Shown: positions 1 to 14,860 of the stretch, in pieces | Numbering within the stretch: position 1 is the first letter of the stretch | Layout of the letters: each line of letters opens with the position of its first letter | Assembly: GCA_030141605.1 (NCBI GenBank) | Contig: JAQGDQ010001670.1 | Location: forward strand, 1-30,397 | Source of the DNA: Tubiluchus corallicola | Taxonomy: Eukaryota > Animalia > Priapulida | Length of the DNA: 30,397 nucleotides | Direction: 5' to 3' | Position numbers and translations under genes: made by a program | The notes under the pieces: model-generated | Told to the model about the DNA's origin: nothing | Seen by the model: only the letters and a program-made list of their open reading frames with translations | Databases searched by the model: none

Positions 1-29
1 TGATAAATGTTCAAAATGCTGAAATTCTC
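1..29 (-). CDS. Inverted duplicate of the start of exon 1714-1831 (runs off the window)
   Basis: Positions 1-114 are the exact reverse complement of 1629-1742; the acceptor CAG is at 32-30 on the minus strand. Confidence 0.8.
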
Positions 30-109
30 CTGAAAGGTGCAAAGTACATCATAAAATATGTCATAACGTTAAAGGCAAACTGGAATATTTCTCAGAACAG
101 GGCTGTTAA

Positions 110-772
110 AGGACAAGAAAATAGGTACCTGAAGCAGATTTCAGAAAAATCGCCTTAAAAAATTATATAACATTATAGCAATTTTATGCGCATATCTTAC
201 TCGGACTAAAAGGAATTTTAGTTTGTTTTCATTTTAAATTTCCCGCAATACTGTTCCGAAGTCGCCATTACATGACGTCATGCATCAAACGTAAATCAAG
301 GGAAGAAAAGGCAATGTTAAATTATGTCTCAAAAGACTCTCATTGCAAATCTATATTACTTAGATTTTCGCTTACCTGCTAGAAAGACTTATGTAACTAG
401 AAAAGAAAATTATTAATTATTCAAAATGTTTTCACCAGTTAGTAAAATATGCACCACTCACTAACCAGAAAACGTATATTTCATCTTATTGACAAGATAC
501 AGAAATTTTAAATTTTATTTAGTTAGTGACTTGAGCGCTACGAATGTTCTGATTATTTTTTCAAACTTTACGCAATGTTATCTAAACTTGTTTAAAATGA
601 CCTGTCGTGAAAATGGTTGCGTCTAACGGTCATCGCGGGAGTTTAAATTTACATGTTTTATACAGCGTGACTGCCGATTGAAGTCTTGCGCGCAAAAAGG
701 CAATATGTAAGTGATAAAAAATTTCAAAACGAATTTTTCAAGCTTTATGTTTATGAAGGGTTTTCTTGTGCT
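110..772 (+). mobile_element. Non-autonomous TTAA DNA transposon (Kolobok/T2-like MITE), family A, full copy
   Basis: TTAA at 106-109 and 773-776; termini AGGACAAGAAAA / TTTTCTTGTGCT; homologous copies at 21635-22307 and inverted at 1229-1633. TTAA plus 5'-AG termini fits Kolobok. Confidence 0.8.
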
Positions 773-987
773 TTAAGTTAACGCTTGCTTCTCAAATTTC
801 TTTTGTATTGGGACATTGAACGCATGCGGTCCTTTCCACTGTGCCTCTTTTAACTCAGATAATATAACAGGATGCTAATAAAGAGGAATGGCAAAAAGGC
901 CGTTGACAAAATGCTGACAACTGCGCATTAGATTTTCACGAATTTTCTGCACTCATCTCACACAGGTGGTCATCACGCAGTACGTAC

Positions 988-1154
988 CTTGACGTCAATC
1001 GTAAGTCGATCTGCAGGTCGGAGAGTTTTTTCATTTTTGGTCCATTTTACTGTTGGTTTAGGGAAGCCGGTGAACTTTATTGGCACCTTCAGGTCCTGAC
1101 CTGGCTTCACCTTGGCTTTGCTCCATTTGTCATCATACTCCAAGCTTGGTGGAG
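988..1154 (-). CDS. Exon encoding the N-terminal half of the Ig I-set domain, on the opposite strand to the rest of the gene
   Basis: Minus strand tttcag|...|gtacgt, 167 nt, reads (x)PPSLEYDDKWSKAKVKPGQDLKVPIKFTGFPKPTVKWTKNEKTLRPADRLTIDVK (G-x-P-x-P-x-V-x-W I-set motif). It ends in phase 0, matching the phase-0 exon ENFSILNIY. Not in the ORF track. Confidence 0.88.
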
Positions 1155-1176
1155 CTGAAACGATTTTATTTTTATC

Positions 1177-1244
1177 ACAAGTTGTTAACTAATGCAAGTT
1201 ATTAACTAACACAAGTTGCTAAATAACACAAGTCACTAACTAAA
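1177..1244. repeat. 17-bp tandem repeat x4 derived from the broken end of the MITE
   Basis: acaagttgttaactaat / gcaagttattaactaac / acaagttgctaaataac / acaagtcactaactaaa; the last unit is MITE sequence. Confidence 0.65.
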
Positions 1245-1633
1245 TAAATTTAAAATTACTGTATCTTGTCAATAAGATTAAAAATATGTTTTTTTGAGTC
1301 AGCGATTTTTTTTAAATTGGTGAAAACATTCTAAATAATTAATAATTTTCTTTTGTAGTTACATAAGTCTTTCTAGCAGGTAAGCGAAAATCTAAGTAAT
1401 ATCTAAGTCTTTTGGGACATAATTTGTCATTGCCTTTTCTTCCTCTGATTTACGTTTGGTACATGACGTCATGTAATGGCGACTTCTTAACAGTATTGCG
1501 GGAGATTTAAAAAGAAAATAAACTAAAACTCCTTTCAGTGCGAGTAAGATATACGCATAAAATTGCTATAAAGTAATATAATTTTTTAAGGCGATTTTTC
1601 TGAAACCTACTTGGGTACCCCTTCTCTCGTCCT
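1229..1633 (-). mobile_element. Family A MITE, truncated inverted copy
   Basis: Reverse complement of about 110-533 with multiple substitutions and indels; TTAA at 1634-1637. Confidence 0.8.
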
Positions 1634-1713
1634 TTAACAGCCCTGTTCTGAGAAATATTCCAGTTTGCCTTTAACGTTATGACATATTTTATGATGTACT
1701 TTGCACCTTTCAG

Positions 1714-4700
1714 GAGAATTTCAGCATTTTGAACATTTATCACGTAACGCCCGACGACACGGCGGTTTACAAACTCACGGCCGAGAACAAACACGGGAAA
1801 GATGTTGCTACGTGTGACATCACCGTCCTAGGTGAGTATCCGGGGAAGTTTAACAGCACATGTGAAACGGCAGTTTCTTTACTGTTTCGTTTTAGTTCAT
1901 ATTTCGTCCGGAACATTCATCTTGTAAAAGGCGCCATGCATAGTTCATTAAATTATAAGATTAGTGACAGCTTTTCGACCGGGTTGGGGTGTGGCGAATA
2001 GTGGAGTTGTTACGTGCTTGTGCTATGAGACCGAAGTTAAGCAACGCAAAGTCTGATAAGTGCATGGATGGTTTACTGCCTAGTTCAATAATCAATACAA
2101 CAATAATGTGGCTATGACACCTCTATACCAGCGACACATTTTAAGAGGACTTTTACATGTCAAATATAGACCTACGTTAAGTCAAATGTAGATTTAGGTA
2201 ATTCAAATGTGTCTTGGTAACTCAAATGTAGACTTAGGTAGTTCAAATGTGTTAACAATGGTTTTCAAGAAATCTTAAACGTTTTTGGTAAGTCAAATGT
2301 AGACACATGTCAAGTCAAATGTGACATTGTCATGTCAAGTTTTGAAAGAGGCAATGACTATCTTTGGTTTATCTTTTTGTAACTTGCACTTAAATGAGTT
2401 AATTACCAATTTATTCAAAGTAATGCATCTACATTTGAGTTACCCAAGTCACATTTGAGTCACCAAAACACATTCCAAATTCCTATGTCAACATTTGACT
2501 TTCCTAAGTCACATTTGAGTTACCAAAACACATTTGAAACTCTTATGTCTACATTTGACTTACCTAAGTCACATTTGAACTTTCCTGTGTCTACATTTGA
2601 CGTGTAAAACCTACATGTAAACAAGCATATTCTATATAGGTAAATCCTACATGCACCAACATGTAATTAAAACTTCCATTATTTCAGCACCACCAGCCAA
2701 ACCGACTGGACCCCTGCGAGTGACAGACGTCCAACAAACTACAATCACTATTGAATGGAAGCCACCTGCACACACCGGTGGTTCCAAGATCACTCACAGC
2801 ATCGTCAGGTATCGAAAAGTAACGACAGTGGATCAGTGGAATGAGGTAAATTTCACATTACAGTAGGCGTTTTTTGTTATTTAGATTAAAGCGGAGTTTA
2901 TTAATGTAACACTGTTTTGCCGACATTGCTGCATTTGTATGAAACGACAGTGCTGTTAGTGTTTTTGCTTTTTTATGTGGAGTAACAAGATTACCATCAT
3001 TCTTTTATATGAAATTGCAAAGTTGCTTTTATTTTTTATGAAATACAATATTGTTGTTACTCTTTTATATGAAATTACATGTTGATTTTTGCTTTTCTAT
3101 GGAATAAACATGTTGCTGTTATTCTCTTATGTGGGACAATAATAAATTATGTTGTTACTGTTGCTTTTGTATGGAGTAACAATATTGTTGTTAATTCTGT
3201 ATAACAGTGGCATTCTATGTAAGAGTGTTATTATTATTATTATTGTATTATATAACAAATATTGTTGCTACCTTTTTATATGGAATAACAATGTTGTTGT
3301 TACCCTCTTATATGGAATAATAATGTTGTTGTCACCCTCTTATATGGAATAACCATGTTCTTGTCACCCTCTTATGTGGAATAACAATGTTATTGTCACC
3401 CTCTTATATGGAATAACAATGTTGTTTTTACCCTCTTATATGGAATAACAATATTGTTGTTACTCACTTATATGGAATAACAATGTTGTTGTTACCCACT
3501 TATATGGAATAACCATGTTCTTGTCACCCTCTTATGTGGAATAACAATGTTATTGTCACCCTCTTATATGGAATAACAATGTTGTTTTTACCCTCTTATA
3601 TGGAATAACAATATTGTTGTTACTCACTTATATGGAATAACAATGTTGTTGTTACCCACTTATATGGAATAACAATGTTGTTGTTTCGCACTTATATGGA
3701 ATAACAATGTTGTTGTTACCCACTTATATGGAATAATAATGTTGTTGTCACCCTCTTATATGGAATAACCATGTTCTTGTCACCCTCTTATGTGGAATAA
3801 CAATGTTATTGTCACCCTCTTATATGGAATAACAATGTTGTTTTTACCCTCTTATATGGAATAACAATATTGTTGTTACTCACTTATATGGAATAACAAT
3901 GTTGTTGTTACCCACTTATATGGAATAACAATGTTGTTGTTTCGCACTTATATGGAATAACAATGTTGTTGTTACACTCTTATATGGAATAACAATGTTG
4001 TTGTTACCCACTTATATGGAATAACAATGTTGTTGTTTCGCACTTATATGGAATAACAATGTTGTTGTTACACTCTTATATGGAATAACAATGTTGTTGT
4101 TACCCTTTTATATGGAATAACAATGTTCTTGCTACTTTTTTATATGGAATACCCATATATCCCTTATTTTCTACAAAATAAAATATCGTTTTACTTATTT
4201 ATTTATTTATTATTTATTAGGCACAAAATTAAATGCATTTATGCCTTAGTAAAAAGTAAGCAATATAATTATGTAACCGTCTTTGGTAGAACAGTTTTTG
4301 CCTACGACTGTGTGCAATGGATGAGAGCAAGGAACTAAATGTGCACACGGACACACAGACACTACCTGTTATCCTACAAACCGTTGTTTGAATTAAGAAT
4401 GTTCTGGTTATTCTAAAAAGTCTAATGTGTGAAATGACAATATCGTTGTCACACTTTCAGTATGAATACCAATATTGTTGTTGTTGCCTAGGTTACGGAA
4501 ATACAGCCGACTGTGACAACTTGTACAATCGAGCAGCTCACTCAAGACACAGAATACATTATCCAAGTCTTGTGTGTAAACAAAATAGGACCGAGTGAAC
4601 CATTGGAGAGCGAACCTGCGAGAACTCTCAAAGCACCAGAAGGTAAGAATTTACATTATTTATGTCAGTTTAATGCTGATGAATCTAAAATGGTGTAATG

Positions 4701-6704
4701 CAAAAACTAGTACTTTGGATTATGAACAATGATTGGTGATCATTGTTGCTATTGCATTTGAACCAGATGTGGTGTAACAAGGTACCATTTTATGCCACCT
4801 GACTGTATCATTTATGATACTTTTATTATTCAAGTTAAACCTTATTTATTTATTAATGTTACTTTTTGGTGACTCGATTGCGAAGTAACCTTACTCACTC
4901 GCTTCATGAGAAAATAAACCGTGGAAGTCCACGGTAAAAGCGGGTAGTAAAATTAGCCAGGAAATATCATTTCGTGAACTGTTACCATTCGTAACAAGGT
5001 TTTTTCAGCTTAACTGGACCCTCCACATGGCCCCAACAGCCAATATGTTAGGTAGATGTTTTGCTATAATCCCATTTCGCAAACTGTTGCACGAAACGCC
5101 CTGCGGAGGATCCAATAAACCCTAAAACCTGTTGAAGCATGGTAGCTGTCGATAACCACTTGCCTCGTTACATACTACAGATAGCATTTTGTGGTGTGCT
5201 ACTGGTCAGGGCCTATTTCAGGGGGAGTGGGGATACTTCCCCGGGGCCTCTACCCTCCAGGGGAGCCTCGCGCCAAGGTAACATTTTTTGCTTTATGCGA
5301 ACATACTGCCTCCCCCCTCTCTCTCTCTCTCTCTCTTACCGCACATGCACCGTTTGCCAGTATTGACAAGTACTAAGGACTGGTCTTGAGAATAAAGCAG
5401 TTTTTTCAATTGTTCTTTCCTTTAACAACTGTATAACTCCATATTTTCTCTTTGAAAATGCTTCTCCGGCGTTTTAGCAGTTCAAAAATTTTTGAGCAGT
5501 TCACACACCCCACTTCCCCGGGCCTCACTTAAGCTGAAATAGGCCCTGCTACTGGTAACTTGTTACTAGTTACTGCAGACACTGCGCGTGTGCAAATAGA
5601 ATTCATAACTGTGTTTTGCTTACAATTGACAGAACCAAAAGCGACCGTCCCAGCGCCACCGCGAGACCTCCAAGTGACAGATGTAACGGATACGACGGCC
5701 GTCATCGTCTGGTCCAAGCCGGAGAACGATGGTGGATCCGAGATCGCTTCGTACTTGATTGAGAGTCGAGAAGTTACGAAAAAGAAATGGAAAAAGGTTG
5801 GCACTGATACAGACAACTTTTAATTTTTTACTTGTGTTGCATTATTGGAGGAGATAGATACACAACAGTCGCATTGATTATAAAATTAACAACATTCACT
5901 ATCGTTACTCTTAGTTGTCATTAATACAGATAAATTGTGCAAACTGCTTCTATTTGATGCCTAGAAAGTGCAGTAGTTCTCAATTGTCTTTTACTTTATC
6001 TACCTGTTAATGGCCTCGTGAATGTCTTACAGGTAACGGTTGTCAACGGCGACATGCTGACTTGCACCGCAACAAAGTTGACCGTCAAGCACGACTATCT
6101 GGTACGAGTTTTTGCTCAGAACGCAGTCGGCGACAGCGAACCAGCTACGCTAGAGACACCTATTACCCTCAAACCAAAACAAGGTATGAAAATAATCGTT
6201 ACAGCTTTTTCCAATGTTCGGTAATGGAAGTGGCAAATTCTGAACACTTCTACTTTTCTAAATGCTAACAGTTTAAAAGATATGTATTTTACAGAGAAGC
6301 CAAGCTCACCACGCCCACCACTAAATGTGTCTGAGATCACACACGAAAGCGTGAGGTTAGAATGGAAGCATCCCGACTATGACGGTGGCGTCCCACTGAC
6401 TTCCTACTACATAGAGCAACGCGACACAGAAGAAGACATTTGGGTGAAAGTCGACGAAGTCGAACCGTCGGTAACGACCTACGTTGCTCACAACCTACAA
6501 CAGACACACGAGTACCAGTTCCGTGTATTCGCTGCAAATCCGGAGGGACTCAGTCCTCCAATAACTTCCGAAAGCGTGAGAATTCCGGCAGAGGTGAAAG
6601 AGGAGGCTGAGCCTCTGATTTCAAGTTACACCGTGCACACTCTGCGTACCCGAGATGAATACTACTTCAACGTGACCGTCAGTATCGACCCCACTGAAGA
6701 TTAG
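1714..6704 (+). CDS. 3' part of a titin/twitchin/MyBP-like Ig + fibronectin type III repeat protein (half Ig I-set, 3 x FnIII, short tail); 5'-incomplete
   Basis: Exons 1714-1831 (ENFSILNIYHVTPDDTAVYKLTAENKHGKD..., Ig D-x-x-x-Y motif), 2688-2845 and 4492-4642 (FnIII: PAKPTGPLRVTDV..IEWKPP..GGSKI / ..EYIIQVLCVNKIGPSEP), 5633-5796 and 6033-6183 (FnIII), 6295-6704 (FnIII, TAG stop). All junctions are GT-AG and phases match (1,0,1,0,1). Candidate AATAAA at 7031 and 7286. Confidence 0.9.
1986..2083 (+). mobile_element. Degenerate SINE head with a tRNA-like A box followed by a 5S rRNA-derived segment
   Basis: GTGGCGAATAGTGG (tRNA A-box-like), then ACCGAAGTTAAGCAACG...AGTGCATGGATGG..ACTGCCT (2030-2081), resembling the internal control region of invertebrate 5S rRNA. 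Confidence 0.6.
2151..2610. mobile_element. Foldback-type element of ~20-bp subrepeats in inverted orientation
   Basis: Left arm (A)GTCAAATGTAGAC repeats and right arm GTCTACATTTGAC repeats; termini TTTTACATGTCAAATATAGAC / GTCTACATTTGACGTGTAAAA. Confidence 0.75.
3270..4150. repeat. 32-bp minisatellite (TATGGAATAACAATGTTGTTGTTACCCTCTTA), degenerate units back to ~2940
   Basis: Period 32 (3311, 3343, ...); variant units recur at 160- and 256-bp spacing. Confidence 0.95.
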
Positions 6705-7668
6705 ATGACTAACTGATTATGACTTCATCGTGCAACAAAGTTTTGTATCATAGATTGTAATTAATCGTGTTTTACATGTTTTTTTTTGTAAAATTTATTT
6801 GCACTCTGACTGCAAGACTTGCTACGCTAGCCTTGTGACTAATGAATCGAGAGAATTCCCAATTGTGACTTAACTCTAACTGTATTCATAGTAATTTTAG
6901 AATGTGAAGAGATACTGTAGATTTGCTTTTCCTGTGTGTTGTTGTTGTTTTTGTTAATGTCTTTGGTTTTAGATGCCGCTGCGCGAACCAAATTTACAAC
7001 TGGGGGTCAGGAAGCTTGTGCCATCTTATAAATAAACCCTCCAAAATTCTGAAAGCTCTACATGCTGCTTTACGATTTTTTACATACCTACCATTTTATG
7101 TCATTAAGCCGCGTGTAGAGCCTCACGGCACTTGATAGTTTAGCATGCAAGATTTGTGTGTCTGGCAAATCTTACATTCTAAATCTCTTCCGATCCTCAC
7201 TTGTACTGTTGTTAAACTGTTATTTGTTATCAATTATGCTGTGCTATTTTGAAGCGTTCGTGTGGTGGTGTTTAATGCTTGTGTTAATAAAAAATTATTT
7301 ATTATTATTAACCCCGAGTTTGTTTTTCTTGGTACAACTGCGACTTAACGGAAATTTTAAGATGCTTTCTTGTACATTTTCAACATTTCTGTTACATTCG
7401 TTCTAAGAAAACTCAGCACATTTTATGCATGTTCTATTTGCTAAGTTATTCTTGTCAAAGGAAATCACTATGTATGGAAAAAGTACAAGTTTTATCGTCC
7501 TATAGCCAAAAGCTTAGCATAACCTTTTCTTTCACATTTTTACATCAGTTTTGTATGAAAATTTGATAGGTGGCGGGTTAACTCTCTCATTAACAGACAA
7601 TGTAGCAATTATGATTATAAATGATTAACAAAGAATAGTTGTTATATAATGCAAATACAGATTGTTAA

Positions 7669-8718
7669 AGGAAAGCAATATGATTTTTAATACTGTACCC
7701 CATTTTGAAGTACGGTAAAAAGTATACATTTTAACACCTATAATAATGACAAAGCATCTCTGACAGCTAAATAATAGGTTAAAAACTTAATTTAATTAAC
7801 GTTGGGCAAGCTCAAAGCTAGTGATCACAACTGAACATAATTTTCAACGCACAAACATTCCATGAGCGTGATGCACGTGTTTGCAAAATCGAAAACTGAA
7901 CTACAGTGCTGCTGTGTAATATTGAGCTGAACAGGGAACAGTGCATTATACAGTTCTATTCATAGGCACCAGGCCAACCAACCTACAGGTAATGTTATGA
8001 CTTCCACTTTAAACTAGGAAGCCCATAACATTACCTGCGATTGGTTGAGCAGTGGTTTCCTGTGGAAAGAACGAACACGTGACATCGTCAGTTGTCTTCT
8101 GGTTGTCGTGGAATGCACTTCTCCTGTCTGCCTGCCGAATGTCGTGGATTCCGTAAGGTTTGAAGCATTGTCATCAGGTTTTGTTTTTTTCTATTGTGTT
8201 GTTCTTCTCAGCCGTCCCTTTTGAATTCTAAGTTTTGGTTTTGTTGTTTCTTTTGTTTAAATTTCTGGAGTGTCCGTTATGCAGCGCTTACCCGCATCAC
8301 CGATGGCGGGCCGTTAGGCTATCTACCGGTTCGAACCCCGGAACAATATTCACTGTGGCATACAAAAACTTGGTAAATTTACAGTAAAAATTTAAATTTC
8401 GAGTTTACTTCTGCATGCTGTTTTATCATACAATAATTTAAGTGATTGTTATATTACAACTGGGAGGTACAGCTCCTGTTTTTTATGCTACGCAGTTCCG
8501 AGATTCTGATGCTGTTGTCCATCTTACTAGGGAAAGGTGAAATGTATGCAACAATCACGCAAGAACTAGCGAGGCACACGTGAAAATAATTTTGTTCAAT
8601 TAAACTTCTGTGGTAGTAATTCTTTCAAGTAAGTCATTCTTGAAAAAATACTATTCTTCCAGTATTTCATACGTTAGATTATTTTGAGGTATAGTTCAAA
8701 ATTTGGTACTGCTCCCCT
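7669..8718 (+). mobile_element. Kolobok/T2-like TTAA MITE, family B
   Basis: TTAA at 7665-7668 and 8719-8722; termini AGGAAAGCAATA / TACTGCTCCCCT; both ends are homologous to 24874-25959. Shared homology also extends upstream to ~7459. Confidence 0.7.
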
Positions 8719-9796
8719 TTAAATTTTTACACTGGTGCCCCAAGGAAGATCAGCACACTATTGACACAAGTAGTAAAGTGATTACAGTTCAATAAATATG
8801 AAATTTTTTATTGTCATTTGTAAAATATCTAATAAACAAAACCAAAACATTACTGAAAGGTATGTCTAGACATTCATCATAGAAACAGTCACTTGTAAAC
8901 TCATTTAAAAACCTGTGGCACAAAAATATTCTTTAAACATACATCAGTAAGTGTTACAAAAGGGCAAGCCACTCATCCTGCTGGGTTTATTTTACTCTTA
9001 TCACTTGAACTTAGAAAAATATAACAAAGAAATTACAAAAAACTGTCGTACAGCATAAAGTAACTCATACTACTGCTGTATGGAACTTTTCAGGTGATGT
9101 GGTAGCTGCCATTCACTTGAAAATGATGACGTAACTGGTGGACTTCATGACTTTTTGTAAGCGCAAGCTACTTAAGCTAATTTAAACTTCTGCAGCTTAC
9201 TATACATATTCATGCAAGAATATCACAATATAAGCTACGTAATTTTTTGTAAAAACTCATCATACTTTTGACGTCATTGGTGAAGAAATGGCTGTTCAAC
9301 ATGCGAGCATGAAATAAAGTCATTTTACTAATAACACGAAGCACTTATTACGCTAATATTACTAAATCGTAATACTTTTTGCAAAAATTGAAACTAGCCT
9401 AACTTCCCAGAGAGCCTGAACTTTCGTTTAATTTCACATTTCTGGCAGTCTACGCAGACAATGCGCATGCGCGTTTATTTCATATTCCACACATCACAGC
9501 ACTCATTAAAAATTAACGTATTTACACGAACAAAATCAGAAAAATAATAACAAGTCAAAAAATACTTCAGTAAATTAATACTAGTTCACATTGACAAATT
9601 ACAAAGATTATCTTCACAAAACTGTCGACGCATTTCGATGGCACTTAATTTTGGAGGCAAAATGGCTGTAATCGTTGCACAAAGGAAAATTTCCTAAAAA
9701 TTTTAGCACAAGTACCCATATTGCGTAAATAAACACATACAAAATTCTTGTCTGTGTAACTGACAAGTTATTTATTTGATATAATTGCTGACCAAC

Positions 9797-10355
9797 CAGT
9801 GGCGGCTCATATAGGTACCGTAGAACTCCCCAATTTCACTCAATATTATCGGTAATATTCAATATAATAAGTCTTTTTCTTTAGCTCTCTCTTTATACTT
9901 GTACGAAACCAGGGCATGTGAGGGAAGTACTGCTTCACAAGCCAGAGCAACTTGGTGTTTGGCTGTTGTGCGCATGCGGCTATGCGCACATGTCTGAGCA
10001 CAGGTAGAGAAAGTACACACAGTTTGTTGGCTGTTGTGCGCATGCGGCTATGCGCACATGTCTGAGCACAGGTAGAGAAAGTACACACAGTTTGTTGTCA
10101 GTTGTCACGTGCTTACCGTGAATGGATCAAGCTTAAACTGCGGCAATTTAGGATATTCGCGAGCAAAAAATAATCTTTTCTAGGATTTTATCAAGTTTAT
10201 GTATAAACTTTCATATGTTTGTTTGTTTAAATTTACTATTACAAATTGCAACAATAAAAGTACGTATGTTGGTTTGGTTTTACACAGTATTAAAACAATG
10301 GCTGAAAATTTTCTGAAGCAGCACCCCCACTAATTCTAGCTACGAGCCGCCACTG
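9797..10355. mobile_element. hAT-type MITE
   Basis: TIRs CAGTGGCGGCTC(A/G)TA; 8-bp TSD TGACCAAC (9789-9796) / TGACCAAT (10356-10363); internal 68-bp tandem duplication at ~9961-10096. Confidence 0.85.
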
Positions 10356-10659
10356 TGACCAATAATCGTAATTTCTAATATACACGATTATCTATTACAC
10401 CACACTAGGAACCCATAAAAATCATTGTTTACATTGTAAAAACTGGTTAAAGGAAAATTAATTACGATAAAAACACCAATCTTACCAAGAATATCATCTA
10501 TGAAATAAAATACGTTCCTAGGATATCTTTGGTAGGACTAATTTTTTTGCAGAAGACGACATGCAGCTCTTATTGCATTTGATGCGTTCACACGTTGAAT
10601 GAACATCTTGGCACAGAATGTGTTCACATGACCTTTGATACCTGCTTATGAATGGTAGC

Positions 10660-13858
<3,199 letters not shown>

Positions 13859-14552
13859 GATCAAACTTCAAACCTGCAATGAGTAGTGAGAGTTATCTTT
13901 TGTGTTACAACAAACCCATTGTAATGATAGTAGTATAGCTACGTCGTCTGTGTGTCACGTTTCTAGTAACATTCTTAGATAGATGGATTTTATTTCTGAA
14001 AATCGAATTTCTTACACGAAAATTACAAAAATCAACGTTATACCTGATGGTTTTATCAGGGTAATGATTTTCAGATTATACTAACTATTTGACTCAACAT
14101 ATTATGCTCTTTGCCTGTATTAAATAACCATACTAGTATAAGTATCTCGGCAGAATTTGTATTAGAGCACAGATGAACCATCACCATACTTACGCTTATA
14201 GACCTGTTGACATAATAGTGTACATTCTGTTCTGGATTTTGCATAATGAATATGTAATTAAAGGTTTCACAGTTAATGATGTTAATGAAATGTTGAGTTC
14301 GCTACTAACAACATAATGTACATACCAATGTTAATAGCACTACTTACCCTATTATATATTACATGTCATTATAGTCATTATGTGTGAATAAAGATGTATG
14401 TTTGTATACCGATCACCTCTTCATCGTACTCCTTACACTAAATATTTATACTAAGTTTACTATGTAAATAAGGGCGGCGACAGGAGTAAATATTAAAAAA
14501 TTCCTAATTTTGATTAAAGCTAGTCCCACTGGTAAATGATTCTATTGTTGGC

Positions 14553-14860
<308 letters not shown>

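Noticed and set aside
69-852. Outer MITE (TTAA-AGGCAAACTGG ... CCACTGTGCCT) hosting family A copy 1
   Set aside because: TIR match is short and imperfect and there is no independent copy; possible but unsupported.
2030-2081. Functional 5S rRNA gene
   Set aside because: Only about 50 nt, diverged, and lacking the 5' and 3' stem sequences.
3270-4150. CRISPR-like array of 32-bp repeats
   Set aside because: Units are head-to-tail with no unique spacers, the context is a eukaryotic intron, and there are no cas genes.
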